The translations under genes and the position numbers were made by a program. The notes below the pieces were generated by a model, which was not told where the DNA came from, searched no databases, and saw nothing but the letters and a program-made list of their open reading frames with translations. From Perkinsus olseni (Eukaryota), in the NCBI GenBank assembly GCA_013115125.1, contig JABANN010000063.1, positions 62,001 to 84,983 of the forward strand: 22,983 nt of DNA, given 5' to 3'. Below, one piece after another: positions 1 to 9,543 of the stretch (the first letter of the stretch is position 1; each line of letters starts with the position of its first letter).

Positions 1-32
1 CTCCTTGAGTAAATAATACATCCGCCGTTCTC

Positions 33-1280
33 ATGGGGGCTGGGATGGGGGGTGTCCCGCGGTCGCTGAGGGTCTCATCGCGCCCTTCTTGGATTGTGTG
101 CTCGCTAGGCAAGGGATTTGGCTGCGGGGAAGGCTGACAGGCGGCATTCGGTGGTTTGGTTGTGAAGGTATTAAGGACAACGAGAGGGCCGTCGTGGATG
201 CATTGATAGAGGAAGTCAAACGGAAGGCGGCGCCCAGTGGTGTGTACGGAACACAGATGAGGGAGAAGGTAGTCCGGCTCTCGATTGGTTCACCAGAGTG
301 TTCGCCCTCCTCAACTCTGTCGTCCGTTTGGGGCGGGAAAAATGAAGTAATCTACATTGTGATGAACCATCGACTAGTTAAGAATATAGTAGAGACGGGC
401 TATGATTACGCAACTCAGTGTACGCAACCGTCATGGTTGTCCTGTGGTGAGCTCGTGCAAGATGAAATCCTCACAGGATTAGTAGGTCAGAATAAGATAC
501 AGGCTGGGTTTTCTTCGCGCTGCGCAATGGTGCTGCGGAAAGTATCTTCGCGGATCGCATCTGAAAGATTCCTCTCAGGCGCTAGCTCTGATCTCGCGCT
601 GGGAAGCGGTCAAGAGGCGATTTGCCCCGACCCATGATGTCGTCGATACCACTACGCCGGAGAGTTTGCTGGCCGCGTTCGTTGGGGAGCTTCAACGGCT
701 AAGTCAGGATGCGGTGGTGGAGTGGTATGGCTCGGATGTGGTGGTACGGATAGGCGACTGTCGATTCACAGTGATGACGTTGGGAAGAAGTGTTATCGTT
801 GAGGGTATGCGGCAGGGGCGGAGGATACAGTGCGTTGAGGAAAGTGGCAAGATTGCAAGAGGTGCTCTTGCTAGATTTCGGAGGACTTGTGCGGAACCAC
901 TGATTTATGGACTGCCAGTGCCCCACTTTTGCGAGTTGCCGGTTGACCTGGCGAACAGAATAGTGAGTTATTGCATTAGCGTGAGAGATCTTGCTCATCT
1001 TGAACTCACTTGCAAATTCCTCAACGCCACCTGTGCGCCATTTTGGCACAATATTGCGACTCAGCTGGGCTTGAAGGGAAATCTTCCCCCCAAGACACTC
1101 GTCAAGAATCACTACGCGGAGCTCAGAGCCATCCGGAGGAGGTTTGTCATCCCGCGGATATCCGGGCGCTATGCAGGCCCCCGCCACGACCCCACCGGGG
1201 GCTTCCCGTACCACCCCATAACGGGAATTTGGAACGACAAGGATCCGGGAGGAGGCCTGATTCCGGGGCGCTTCATGTGA
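33..1280 (+). CDS. F-box protein with FBXO7/SKIP22-like architecture (5' end uncertain)
   Basis: ORFs 89..637 and 666..1280 join in frame across a GT-AG intron at 482..578 (…GL|ALALISRW…TTPESLLAAFVGELQRL). There is a clear F-box motif FCELPVDLANRIVSYCISVRDLAHLELTCKFLN. The Pro/Gly-rich tail has GPRHDPTG, resembling the RFDP motif of FBXO7/PI31, and ends GRFM*. The ATG at 33 would need a 35-nt GC-AG intron (133..167), so the start is tentative. Confidence 0.7.
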
Positions 1281-1343
1281 TGCGGTATGAAGATTTTATT
1301 CAGGGTTATATATTTACAACGACAGTGTTTTGGTTTTTGGAGT

Positions 1344-1424
1344 GGTTCCGTGGTGTTATGTTGGAATACACCCCGGGTTCGAATCCTTGTTGGGGCATAT
1401 TTCTGGCGCCTTTTCCGGTTTTTT
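1344..1424 (+). other. tRNA-derived element or tRNA pseudogene lacking the anticodon arm, followed by T-runs
   Basis: GGTTCCGTGGTGTTATGTTGGAATACAC gives a tRNA-Val/Gln-like 5' end, A-box and GTGT/ACAC D-stem. It is fused directly to CCCGGGTTCGAATCCTTG (canonical T-loop/B-box) and TGGGGCA, which pairs with GTTCCG via G-U pairs. TTTT at 1411 and TTTTTT at 1419 follow. Confidence 0.55.
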
Positions 1425-1751
1425 CTTCAGAGAAACACCGACGGCCGTCAAGGAGGTCGGTCGTAGCCTGCTCAGCGTTTGGTATATTCCTGGCGCCACG
1501 CGAGAAATCCTCAGGAATATCAACGCTCCTCCGACTTCCACTACAGACAGTCTCTCTTCGCCGAAGAGCTAGCGTCGCTCGATCATCGGTACGAGGGGCC
1601 GCTGCATCGGTGTGAGTACCGTCGCCTCTCCTTCCCTATTCGGATACTTCTCTAGAACACTGGAGTGAATATTATATGCTCGACAGCGTCTTCGTGCTCT
1701 GGAGCTGATTTGTGTCCATCCGCAGTTTGTTTGTCTGTCGCCTGCCCGGGC

Positions 1752-3140
1752 ATGTCTTCTCTACAGTGGTTTGATGCTGCCTCTCCACCAGGGCCACGAA
1801 GGGAACCTCCGAGGGCGGAGGAGCGAAGGGAATCCTCTATGAGTCTGAAGCGAGTGTCGGGGAGTAAGGCAGCTGGGGATATCGATGCTATAGTGGCGGC
1901 TACAATGGAGGCCGAGAGAGCTGGTGGAGGACAGTCAGCTCGAGCGTCCAAGGTAAATGTGGGCTAGTGGAATGGTTCAGACTTCGCTTTCCCGAGGTCC
2001 CTGGATCTATTCCTTGTCCATCGGATATTTACTTGGGCTTCAGTATTTACCAGGATTCCTCCTTAATAGGTCACTCCGCCTCCGCCGACGGTTGATAAGT
2101 CGGCTACCTCTTCGGATGGTACATCAGTAGGCAACAAGAAGAAGGAGGATGATGAGGCCCCGACAGGTGAGGGGGAGAGCACCCAGGAAGTGGCTCGCAC
2201 GATCTACCTTCCATCGCCCTGTGCCTGGTATTTGGCAGATGCTTCCTCGCGGTCGTTCACTCTGCAAGAGGCTGGCCAGTCGATGGACCATGCATTGAAG
2301 GCGAAGCAGAAGCTGATACAGGAACATATTAGTGACCACGAGAAGAAGCTGGTGGATCAGCACCTGAGGCTGAAAAAGGTATGAGGATGTGGCGAGAGCG
2401 ACGTGTTGGATATTCTGCACGCTTCGACCTCAGGTTCGACAAAAGCTCGACCAACTAGAGCAGGACCAGGCTGCGGAGATCGCCCAGATGCAGCGGAGTG
2501 TCGATCATCTCAGTCGGGAGCTGGCCTTGAGGGAGAGGGAGGCGACCCAGAAGAAGGCGATAATGGAGGAGGCCAATAAGAAGTAGTATCGCCGCTGGTG
2601 GCAACGTCACGGAGAGTGGTTAGTCTACGTCATGCGTATCACAGTACCCTACCGACGAGCCTTCTTCTCCTGTTGGGCCTGGTACTTGCTGGTGGACGCT
2701 TGAAAGCTGCTGACAGAGCTTTCAGGGGCGTTGTTGCTGTACTTAGTACCGTGGAAATGTTTGAATGATGGGGCATTTGAGATCACTGTGGGAGTCGCCT
2801 AATGGTTCTGCTGATCCAGTGGAGGAGTGGTAGAGCCCACCCTGGACACTATGAGTTGGGCGATATTTGGTATATATACATAAGTATATATAGTGGTATC
2901 AATACCATTTTCATTTATGGTGTATACTCATGCCTCCCTTCCCGCTATTCCTCCTGTCCATTTTTCGTTACTTTCTCGAGTGGCCATGGTGCCAGTTACC
3001 TGGCGGCTGCCGAGTCTCTCGATGCCTGTAAGAAGGAGAAGACGGAGACCGAGAGGGTTCTGATGGAGCTGTTGCTGAAGGCAGGAGAATCCCGAGATAA
3101 GGCCATGAACGAGATGCTGCAAAGCTTGGACACCTTATGA
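1752..3140 (+). CDS. Hypothetical coiled-coil protein, 5 exons
   Basis: Phase-consistent exons are 1752-1952, 2070-2166, 2239-2378, 2434-2582 and 2996(or 2981)-3140, all with GT-AG introns. The N-terminus is low-complexity, followed by a heptad-like E/K/Q/L-rich region (KAKQKLIQEHISDHEKKLVDQHLRLKKVRQKLDQLEQ…AMNEMLQSLDTL*). Confidence 0.7.
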
Positions 3141-3305
3141 AATCTTGCATTTCCTCAACGTTCCTTCCCGTAGTTGACTCTGTGTGATACATTTTTTTAC
3201 TTATTATGTGAACCTCTGCCGCTGTACTCGTGAGGGCAGTTCAGATTCGAGTCGGGTAATTTTGTGGCGCGCGACAGTTGCTCCTGCTGTCCCGATTCCA
3301 GTAAA

Positions 3306-5419
3306 ATGGCAACTACCGGTGGTATCTTGGAGGAGGTCAAGGGAAAGCTCGTCATTGGTCTGCACTACCTACTAAGATTCCTGCACGCATGCGCAAAGAT
3401 ACTCCGACTGGCTGTGGTGGTATCGACTCCGGTACTTCGCAGGTTGTTATTTCTGAGCCTGAAAATGTTCTCTTCGATCATTTCGAAATTGAAGAATGTG
3501 GTGTCTTCAAAGGACCAGGGGGAAGCCGCGGAGGGGGAACGTGTAAGATCCGACCTCATTCGTATCTTGCATACTCGGACCTTAGATTCGAGATACTCCT
3601 GGCACGCCTGCTGAGGCCTCTGGCGCTCCCGCCGTGCATGTAGAGGCCCCTGTGGAGAGTGGCGAAACCGAGGAGGGCAAAACGACGGTTGAAACTCCCG
3701 CGAAGGAGATTAGTGACAAGAAAGGGAAGAGGCATTCTACTACTCCTCTCACCGCCCCTAAGGGAGATCGCGAGCCCCCACGGACCCCTAAGAAAGACGA
3801 GCCTGCTCCGGGCGAGGGGGCTGGCCAAGCCAGGCCGATGTCCAAAAGTGACGTTACGGGCGGTGGTGGTGAAGGGGCTGGGGAAGGGAGGCCTGGGATG
3901 AAGAGCGATGATGTTGAGGCTGGCGAGAAAAAGGGGAAGAAGAGAGGCGGGAAGAAGAAGAAAGCTGCTGATGCTACGGGTGAAACGGCGGAGAAGGCAG
4001 TAGCTGCAGCTCCAAAGACTAAAGCGGTGCCCAAGAAGAAGGCTGGGAAGGGGGAAGGTGAGAATGGCGGCGCGGGGGCCTTATTCGTCTAGTCATCGGA
4101 AGGTTGTGGGTTCAATTCATGGACCTTTTTATTCAGATAAAACCGATGCCGGGTTGGAGCGAGAGAACGCCAACCTCGCTAAGGAAGTCGAGGAAGCCAC
4201 CCGAAAGTGGGCCCCAGAGATCTCACTCTGTAGTCCTCTATGACTTGCCAGGTACCGGGCCCAACAGGAGGAGATATCGAAAGCTCGCCGAGAGAAGAAG
4301 GAGGTCATTTCCGTCGCCGCCCAGCTGTATCAAATCGCCATGGTGAGTCTGCCTATTGCAAAAGGGGCACCTTCCATATGATACCAGCTCTTGGTGGTAC
4401 TCGATATCGGCTTAAAGATCCCATCTCAAAACGGGCCGTGAGGTATGTGTACCATTTTTGATCTGCCTCATGGCCTGGGCCTAGCTGTTCTTGGTGAGGG
4501 GATGTTGAGAACACTATTCCCAAACCAGATTATATAAAGGCGAAGCCAAAATAGTGGAACCCAAGAGCAACTTAATAGAACCCAGGTCAAATCGATAAAA
4601 CGCCAAGGCTTTATGTAATTGCTCTGAGGTTTCACGGACTTGGTCTGGGCTTTGTCAAATTAGTCTGAGATTTTACCAAATCCGGACTTGGTGTAGATGC
4701 GACCGTTCGTATTGCAACGACGGTAGGGAGTCTCTCCTCTTCTCAGGGTATCGAACCGATGCCTCGCCAGGCCCGTACTGATTCATTTGCTCTCCCCAAG
4801 CCACCGAGTATGGGAGAGCAGACCAGAAGGGGCGCGGAGACTGCTAGAACCACAGGAAGTGCTCCTCGATACCCTCGTGAGGGAAGCCAACAACAGCGAG
4901 CCCAGGCCAGCTTTTTTATGAAGTAAGAATCTTTTGCATGTCTGGATGACGAGCTTCGACCTCGGATTCAGCTCCTCTGGGGGACAAGTGCCCACTAGAC
5001 GGTCGTCCAATGTGACTCGCCCGTCCGGTGCTGATAAAGAGGCTGATCTCAACAACCTGATTAAAGAGGTAGGAGGGCAAAGGCTGGACGGCCCAATATT
5101 CTCTCGAGTGTCAGGCCAAGGCCCATCAGGCTTTACTGAGGGCCAAGTCCCAGACTAAGTTGGAAGGTGAGAAGAGGCGACGTCGGCTCTCTATATGTTG
5201 TGGAAATTATTTATTTTCATTTCTCCTCTACTTGAACTTATTGTGTGAAATTTAGGTCATAAAACTATGCGTATTCGACAAATTATGCACCTTGTTGCAT
5301 CATCAAAATCGAAAACAGTGGAGTAGTTATGATCGTATCATTTTCAACAGCGGACTGAGGGGAGTATAGATTGTCACCTCTGCGTGTTTTCGTGCGTTCA
5401 AATTATTTCTCCTCGGTGA
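3306..5419 (+). CDS. Hypothetical protein with a hydrophobic/basic N-terminus, K/E/G-rich disordered middle and short coiled coil; about 7 exons, last exon uncertain
   Basis: Exons are about 3306-3542, 3644/6-4057, 4137-4206, 4252-4342, 4747-4922, 4972-5068 and possibly 5351-5419. Donors and acceptors are GT/AG with matching phases (e.g. …ATRK|YRAQQEEISKARREKKEVISVAAQLYQIAM|GIEPMPR…). Confidence 0.6.
4519..4692. repeat. Degenerate fold-back array of about 20-21-nt subunits inside an intron
   Basis: About four units resembling CCCAGACCAAWTNRTRAAA on + (4519-4601) are mirrored by about four reverse-complement units (4610-4692) around a GCC-AA-GGC centre at 4602-4609. Confidence 0.55.
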
Positions 5420-5521
5420 CGTTGTTTGAAGTGGCGAGACACCATTCGATAGCGTGTGGTTTGTGTATTGAAGAAAAGAGGACGGAATCGTTTCCGCTCC
5501 CATCTGGTTTCAAACGCTTCG

Positions 5522-5562
5522 AAAAAATACGGAAAAAGCTTGTGACGGGATTCGAACCCGGG
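5522..5562 (-). promoter_or_regulatory. Pol III B-box / tRNA T-loop hairpin followed by oligo-T tracts
   Basis: The minus strand reads CCCGGGTTCGAATCCCGTCACAAGCTTTTTCCGTATTTTTT. It shares a 15-nt core with the element at 1372-1386. No full cloverleaf can be built. Confidence 0.45.
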
Positions 5563-5589
5563 CAGTTGGCGCCGAGCCCCGCAGTATCA

Positions 5590-5859
5590 ATGGCAGTGGT
5601 TCATCACCAATCGTGGTCACCTTGTGTCGAGCCCGGCTCGCTGCTGTAGGGGAGAATGGCGGCAAGCCAAGTCCGGAAGAAGTCCGAGGTCGCCTGCGTA
5701 CGGGCAACACCAAGCAGGATCTGGAAGAAGCCATCAAGGAGGTCGGCACAGGGTCCCCGCTGCTTGCAATGATGGTGTTGTTGTTGCCAGGCGAAGGAGC
5801 TGGATATGTCGTACGAGGCTGGACTCGCGGAGAAGAAGTTGAAGGGGCTGAAAGAATGA
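5590..5859 (+). CDS. Small hypothetical helical protein (about 55 aa; start unresolved)
   Basis: Exon about 5650-5741, a 49-nt GT-AG intron (5742..5790) and exon 5791-5859 give NGGKPSPEEVRGRLRTGNTKQDLEEAIKE|AKELDMSYEAGLAEKKLKGLKE*. The candidate ATG at 5590 needs a weak acceptor. Confidence 0.5.
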
Positions 5860-6893
5860 TTATTATTATAACGGGTTTTTTCCGGTCTGCTTTTTGCAGT
5901 AAAACTTGAGTCGGCCTTGAGGATCACGATACGCTCTCGTCCATTTCTTTATACCACCCTTTTTGCGTTGCCGAGTTGCCCCTGACCGTTTGGGCATCAT
6001 ACTCGGGCGAACCGATGGCTTTCTCTCCGATAGAGTGGTGACTGATCTTCGTGGGTAAGCATGACCAACAACATGAACCGGAGTTGGGCCAAGAATCTCA
6101 GTAGTGACTGATAAGCAACCGTTTCATCATCATCAACATCCTGGGCGCGCGCTACGTAGGATATCTACGATAGATCTCAGCACATTAGGAAGAGACAGGT
6201 AGTGAGGACAGTAGATGTCTACTTAAAAGACCACCTCGGGTCGTTGATGACGTTTGCCGGTCCGACCAGCCTGTTCTCTCAACCATTACAAGCACACGAT
6301 CACTGATAATGACTGTGCATGTAACCAGGGAGGAACGAAAACGTCGGTTAGAATCCGAGTAAATAAGCAACCGTTAGACACACCAGCTTTATCGTAAGAG
6401 GACTTCTTCTTCGATGGACAGGGTTGAAGAGACAGCCTCTCACAGTTTCCAACAGCGCTGCCAGGATGGTCTCTTTTACACTTTAAATTTAAGCCTTGAA
6501 GCGCTTCTTTGATCCAGGAGAGGAAGCCGTGTATTGAAGAATTCCGTTGATCGTAACCTTCAATGTTAATAATACCAATTCGATAATACATAATTACCTC
6601 GGTCACTAATCATGCATGTCCACGAGACCCCTCTGAACGATGGAAGAGTAGCTCGTTGACCGTCACACAACACAAGCCACTGACGCAGGACCATTGGAGA
6701 GCTCCCAACGCCACAGGCGAATGAGAGCGCCGGAATGAGTCTGCCTGGCACAGCGACTATTGGCCGCTATTAACTCAACAACCAAACACCCGTACTCGAG
6801 TTTTGCCGTGTAGCATCTTTTTGTGCGTAACCAGCAGCAAATGTTGACTAGTGTATACGACCGCGATGAATGGGACAGCAGCAGCGCTAAGAA

Positions 6894-7332
6894 TTAACAG
6901 TTCGCCTGGATCAGGTCATGGAGCTTTGCGTCACTGGCACCGCTCATCCGGCTAACCTGATCAACATAACAACAGTAAAGGGGACTTCACACGGACAGCG
7001 GTGGTGGCAGCCTTACCTCCTTGCCCTCCTTGTAAAGAATGAAGGTGGGAAGGACCTGTATGTCCGCCTTCTCGGCTGCGTCTTCTGCCTCGTCAACGTC
7101 GACCTTTATAAAAACGGCCTGAAAAAAGGGGCGATAAATCTGGCAGGGAAGGGCCTTTGGTTCTTCTTCTCACTTTTCCGTCGAATTCACCGGCCATGCC
7201 CTCGAACTTGGGACCCATGGTGACACAAGGGCCGCACCAACTTGCAAAGTAGTCTACAACGACCAGCTTGTCACCGTTATCGGCGAACGCCTTGTCAAGG
7301 CCCTCAACTGTGTTAATGTGAGCGACAGTCAT
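6894..7332 (-). CDS. TRX: Thioredoxin (WCGPC), 3 exons, about 107 aa; apparent 1-nt deletion in exon 2
   Basis: Exon 1 is 7332-7174 (…VVVDYFASWCGPCVTMGPKF…EFDGK), exon 2 is 7117-7017 (…IKVDVDEAEDAAEKADIQVLPTFILYKEGKE) and exon 3 is 6956-6894 (VSRMSGASDAKLHDLIQANC*). Both introns are canonical GT-AG. Confidence 0.93.
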
Positions 7333-7958
7333 AATGAAATTAGTACCAGTTTAAAACAACTGTAAAAGACAACTACATGAGCGAGGTCAACACCATGGCA
7401 AGATACGAGCTTAAGGATACGTCCACGACGGGGAAGGCACACAAGCTAAGTGAACCTAACACACGCGGTGTCCCGATGTGGGATGGTAGCATAAGAAGTA
7501 GTCGCGTAGCTAAGCGAGACCGATCAACTGCGAGATGCGGGCGTTTTAGCTCGCGTTAAAACGTCTGCTGGTCGAGTTCATCCGCGCATAAACAGCGCGT
7601 TATGACGTGCTATGGCGCACGCCTTTGCACTCTTGGCGACCCATAGGGAATCCCAAGGAAGTGGGATAAGAGGATTGAAAAGAGATGGTTCAGGGTGTGA
7701 TAGATTGCCCACAACCACAGCTGAATCCTAGTCGGTATTACGTACTTAAAAGAGACTATTGTGATTGGAGCTGCACGCCAAGTACGACAGACGATTCTTG
7801 TAGAACTGTGTGTCACTGAATGTGCCATCGAAAAAGGTCCCAGTCAGTTGGAATAACGGTGAGAATCGACCCTGGTGCCAGCGGGCCCCACGACCCTTCC
7901 TGTCGGACTGTCCCGATCCCCACCAATCAGTTCTGCCATCTTCGACCAAGCCCGTGCA

Positions 7959-9439
7959 ATGCCGTCCACGTCCATCGCCCCCGCTGGGGCATACCTTTCG
8001 CATGGTATCGGTCCGAGGTAGGGTCGGCCGAGTCGGCTGGTTGGAGAGAACGATTGAGAGAGACTTCAATAAACCAATTTTGAGATACAGCATTTAAACT
8101 AAAACCGGATTTTACGCGTCAAAATCAATCTCCGAATCACTCGGAGTTCAGAATTAGTTTTTTCGAACGGGAAAGGTGAGAAAATTGAATCGAGGAATTC
8201 TCAAATACCAAAGAAGCATCTTCGGGATCTGGTAACCGGATTCTGGTTGCCGTGGATAACAGCTGAGTCTACTGATCGCCCTGTTGGCTTTAGAGGGAGG
8301 CTCTCTGGTTTCCCTTACCTGCCTTCACCCGTAGTTCTGGGTTTTCCTGTCGCGCGTGGTTCCTTGGATTTCGGACTTCTCCTGATTTTACCCGTCTTAA
8401 AACGTCGTTGTTGCCAGGCTTGCGTCTCCTGAGTTAGAGAAGTTCCTAAGTACGGCGCTGGCCGGAATGACTGTGAAGGTGCAGTGTCTTTGCGAGGTGG
8501 GCCGCTCTTGGGTGATGGACGGCGATGAGAGAGTGCCTCTCATTCCCTTCCCTCTCTCTCAGAGAGAGAATCTTTTGTTTTGTTAGGAGCAAGAGAGGCA
8601 ATTGAGATGCTTCAGAAACACCCTTGAGCGACATAAGGATTCTCAGCAGATGATGGTTGATGAATTTCGACAGGCTAAGGACGAGTGAGTGCCCATGGGG
8701 TGTTCAATTACCTCATTCTGAAATTCAGAATCGATTCTGGAACCACGGTCTACGTGTAGAAATCAATTTTACAATCGATTCCGTGTTTCGGAAACGCAGC
8801 CGATATGACAGAGGCGATTCCTCGAAGTTCGAGGAGTTCACAGCGATCGTGTTGGATCCAGTTTACAAGCTCGCCCTTGCGCAGCCCTCTTTTAGATGAT
8901 TTCACTAAAATCATTTCTGCGACGAAACCGCTCGAAGTGGGTGAAATTACCGAAGGTTCGTAGCATCTGTCAGCGTTGACCGCTCTCCGGTCAACTTCCC
9001 CGCTTTTACGCATACCAACGGTGAAACTCAGAGTCGATTCCGGAATTCATTTCACAAGTGGAGTGCGGCTCCCGAATCGAATCTGAACTTCGGAATTAGT
9101 TCGTTGAGCACCACCTTCGATCGTGCGAAAGAATCCTTGAATTCATTGAAGCTCAGACAGCATTGAGTTCTATGGCCTAGTGTTGTCGCCGACATCTTGT
9201 TCTGCGCTCGGGGTTCTGAAACAAAGTTGGAGGACTTCCCTTGTGGAGGGAAGATTGGAAAACCTACCCCTCTTAGGTGTCTGGCGGAGGTAAAGGAGCT
9301 GAGTCGTATTGCTGTGGATGAGAACAGAGACAGGGCCTTCGATGCCACTAAACACTTTATGCAGTCAGCTGCTATTCAGTGTAAGGCTACTGGACCCGGT
9401 ACCACGGGAATGGGGACGGGCATGGGTATTCAAAATTGA
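7959..9439 (+). CDS. Hypothetical helical protein, about 6 exons (5' end uncertain)
   Basis: Phase-consistent exons 7959-8017, 8418-8478, 8587-8684, 8812-8848, 8896-8936 and 9277-9439 give …RLASPELEKFLSTALAGMTVK|EQERQLRCFRNTLERHKDSQQMMVDEFRQAKDE|GDSSKFEEFTAI|MISLKSFLRRNRSK|CLAEVKELSR…GMGIQN*. Confidence 0.55.
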
Positions 9440-9543
9440 GCGAAGCGTTCAGCTAGTAGTTTCATAATGAAGCTTTTATTCAGCAAACTTAGCAGGCTCC
9501 TCCAGGGAAGTGTTCTTCTCATTAATAACTTTTCACAAAAAAA

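Noticed and set aside
6000-6800. Possible minus-strand gene (ORFs 6185..6370, 6286..6606, 6566..6751)
   Set aside because: There are some splice-like signals, but no start, recognisable motif or confident model, so it was left uncalled.
7610-8093. Minus-strand gene from ORFs 7746..8093 and 7610..7828
   Set aside because: No consistent exon chain could be built. Splice signals favour plus-strand exons of the gene ending at 9439.
8885-8899. Second homopolymer frameshift
   Set aside because: It is explained without error by a canonical 47-nt intron 8849..8895 that keeps downstream phases consistent.
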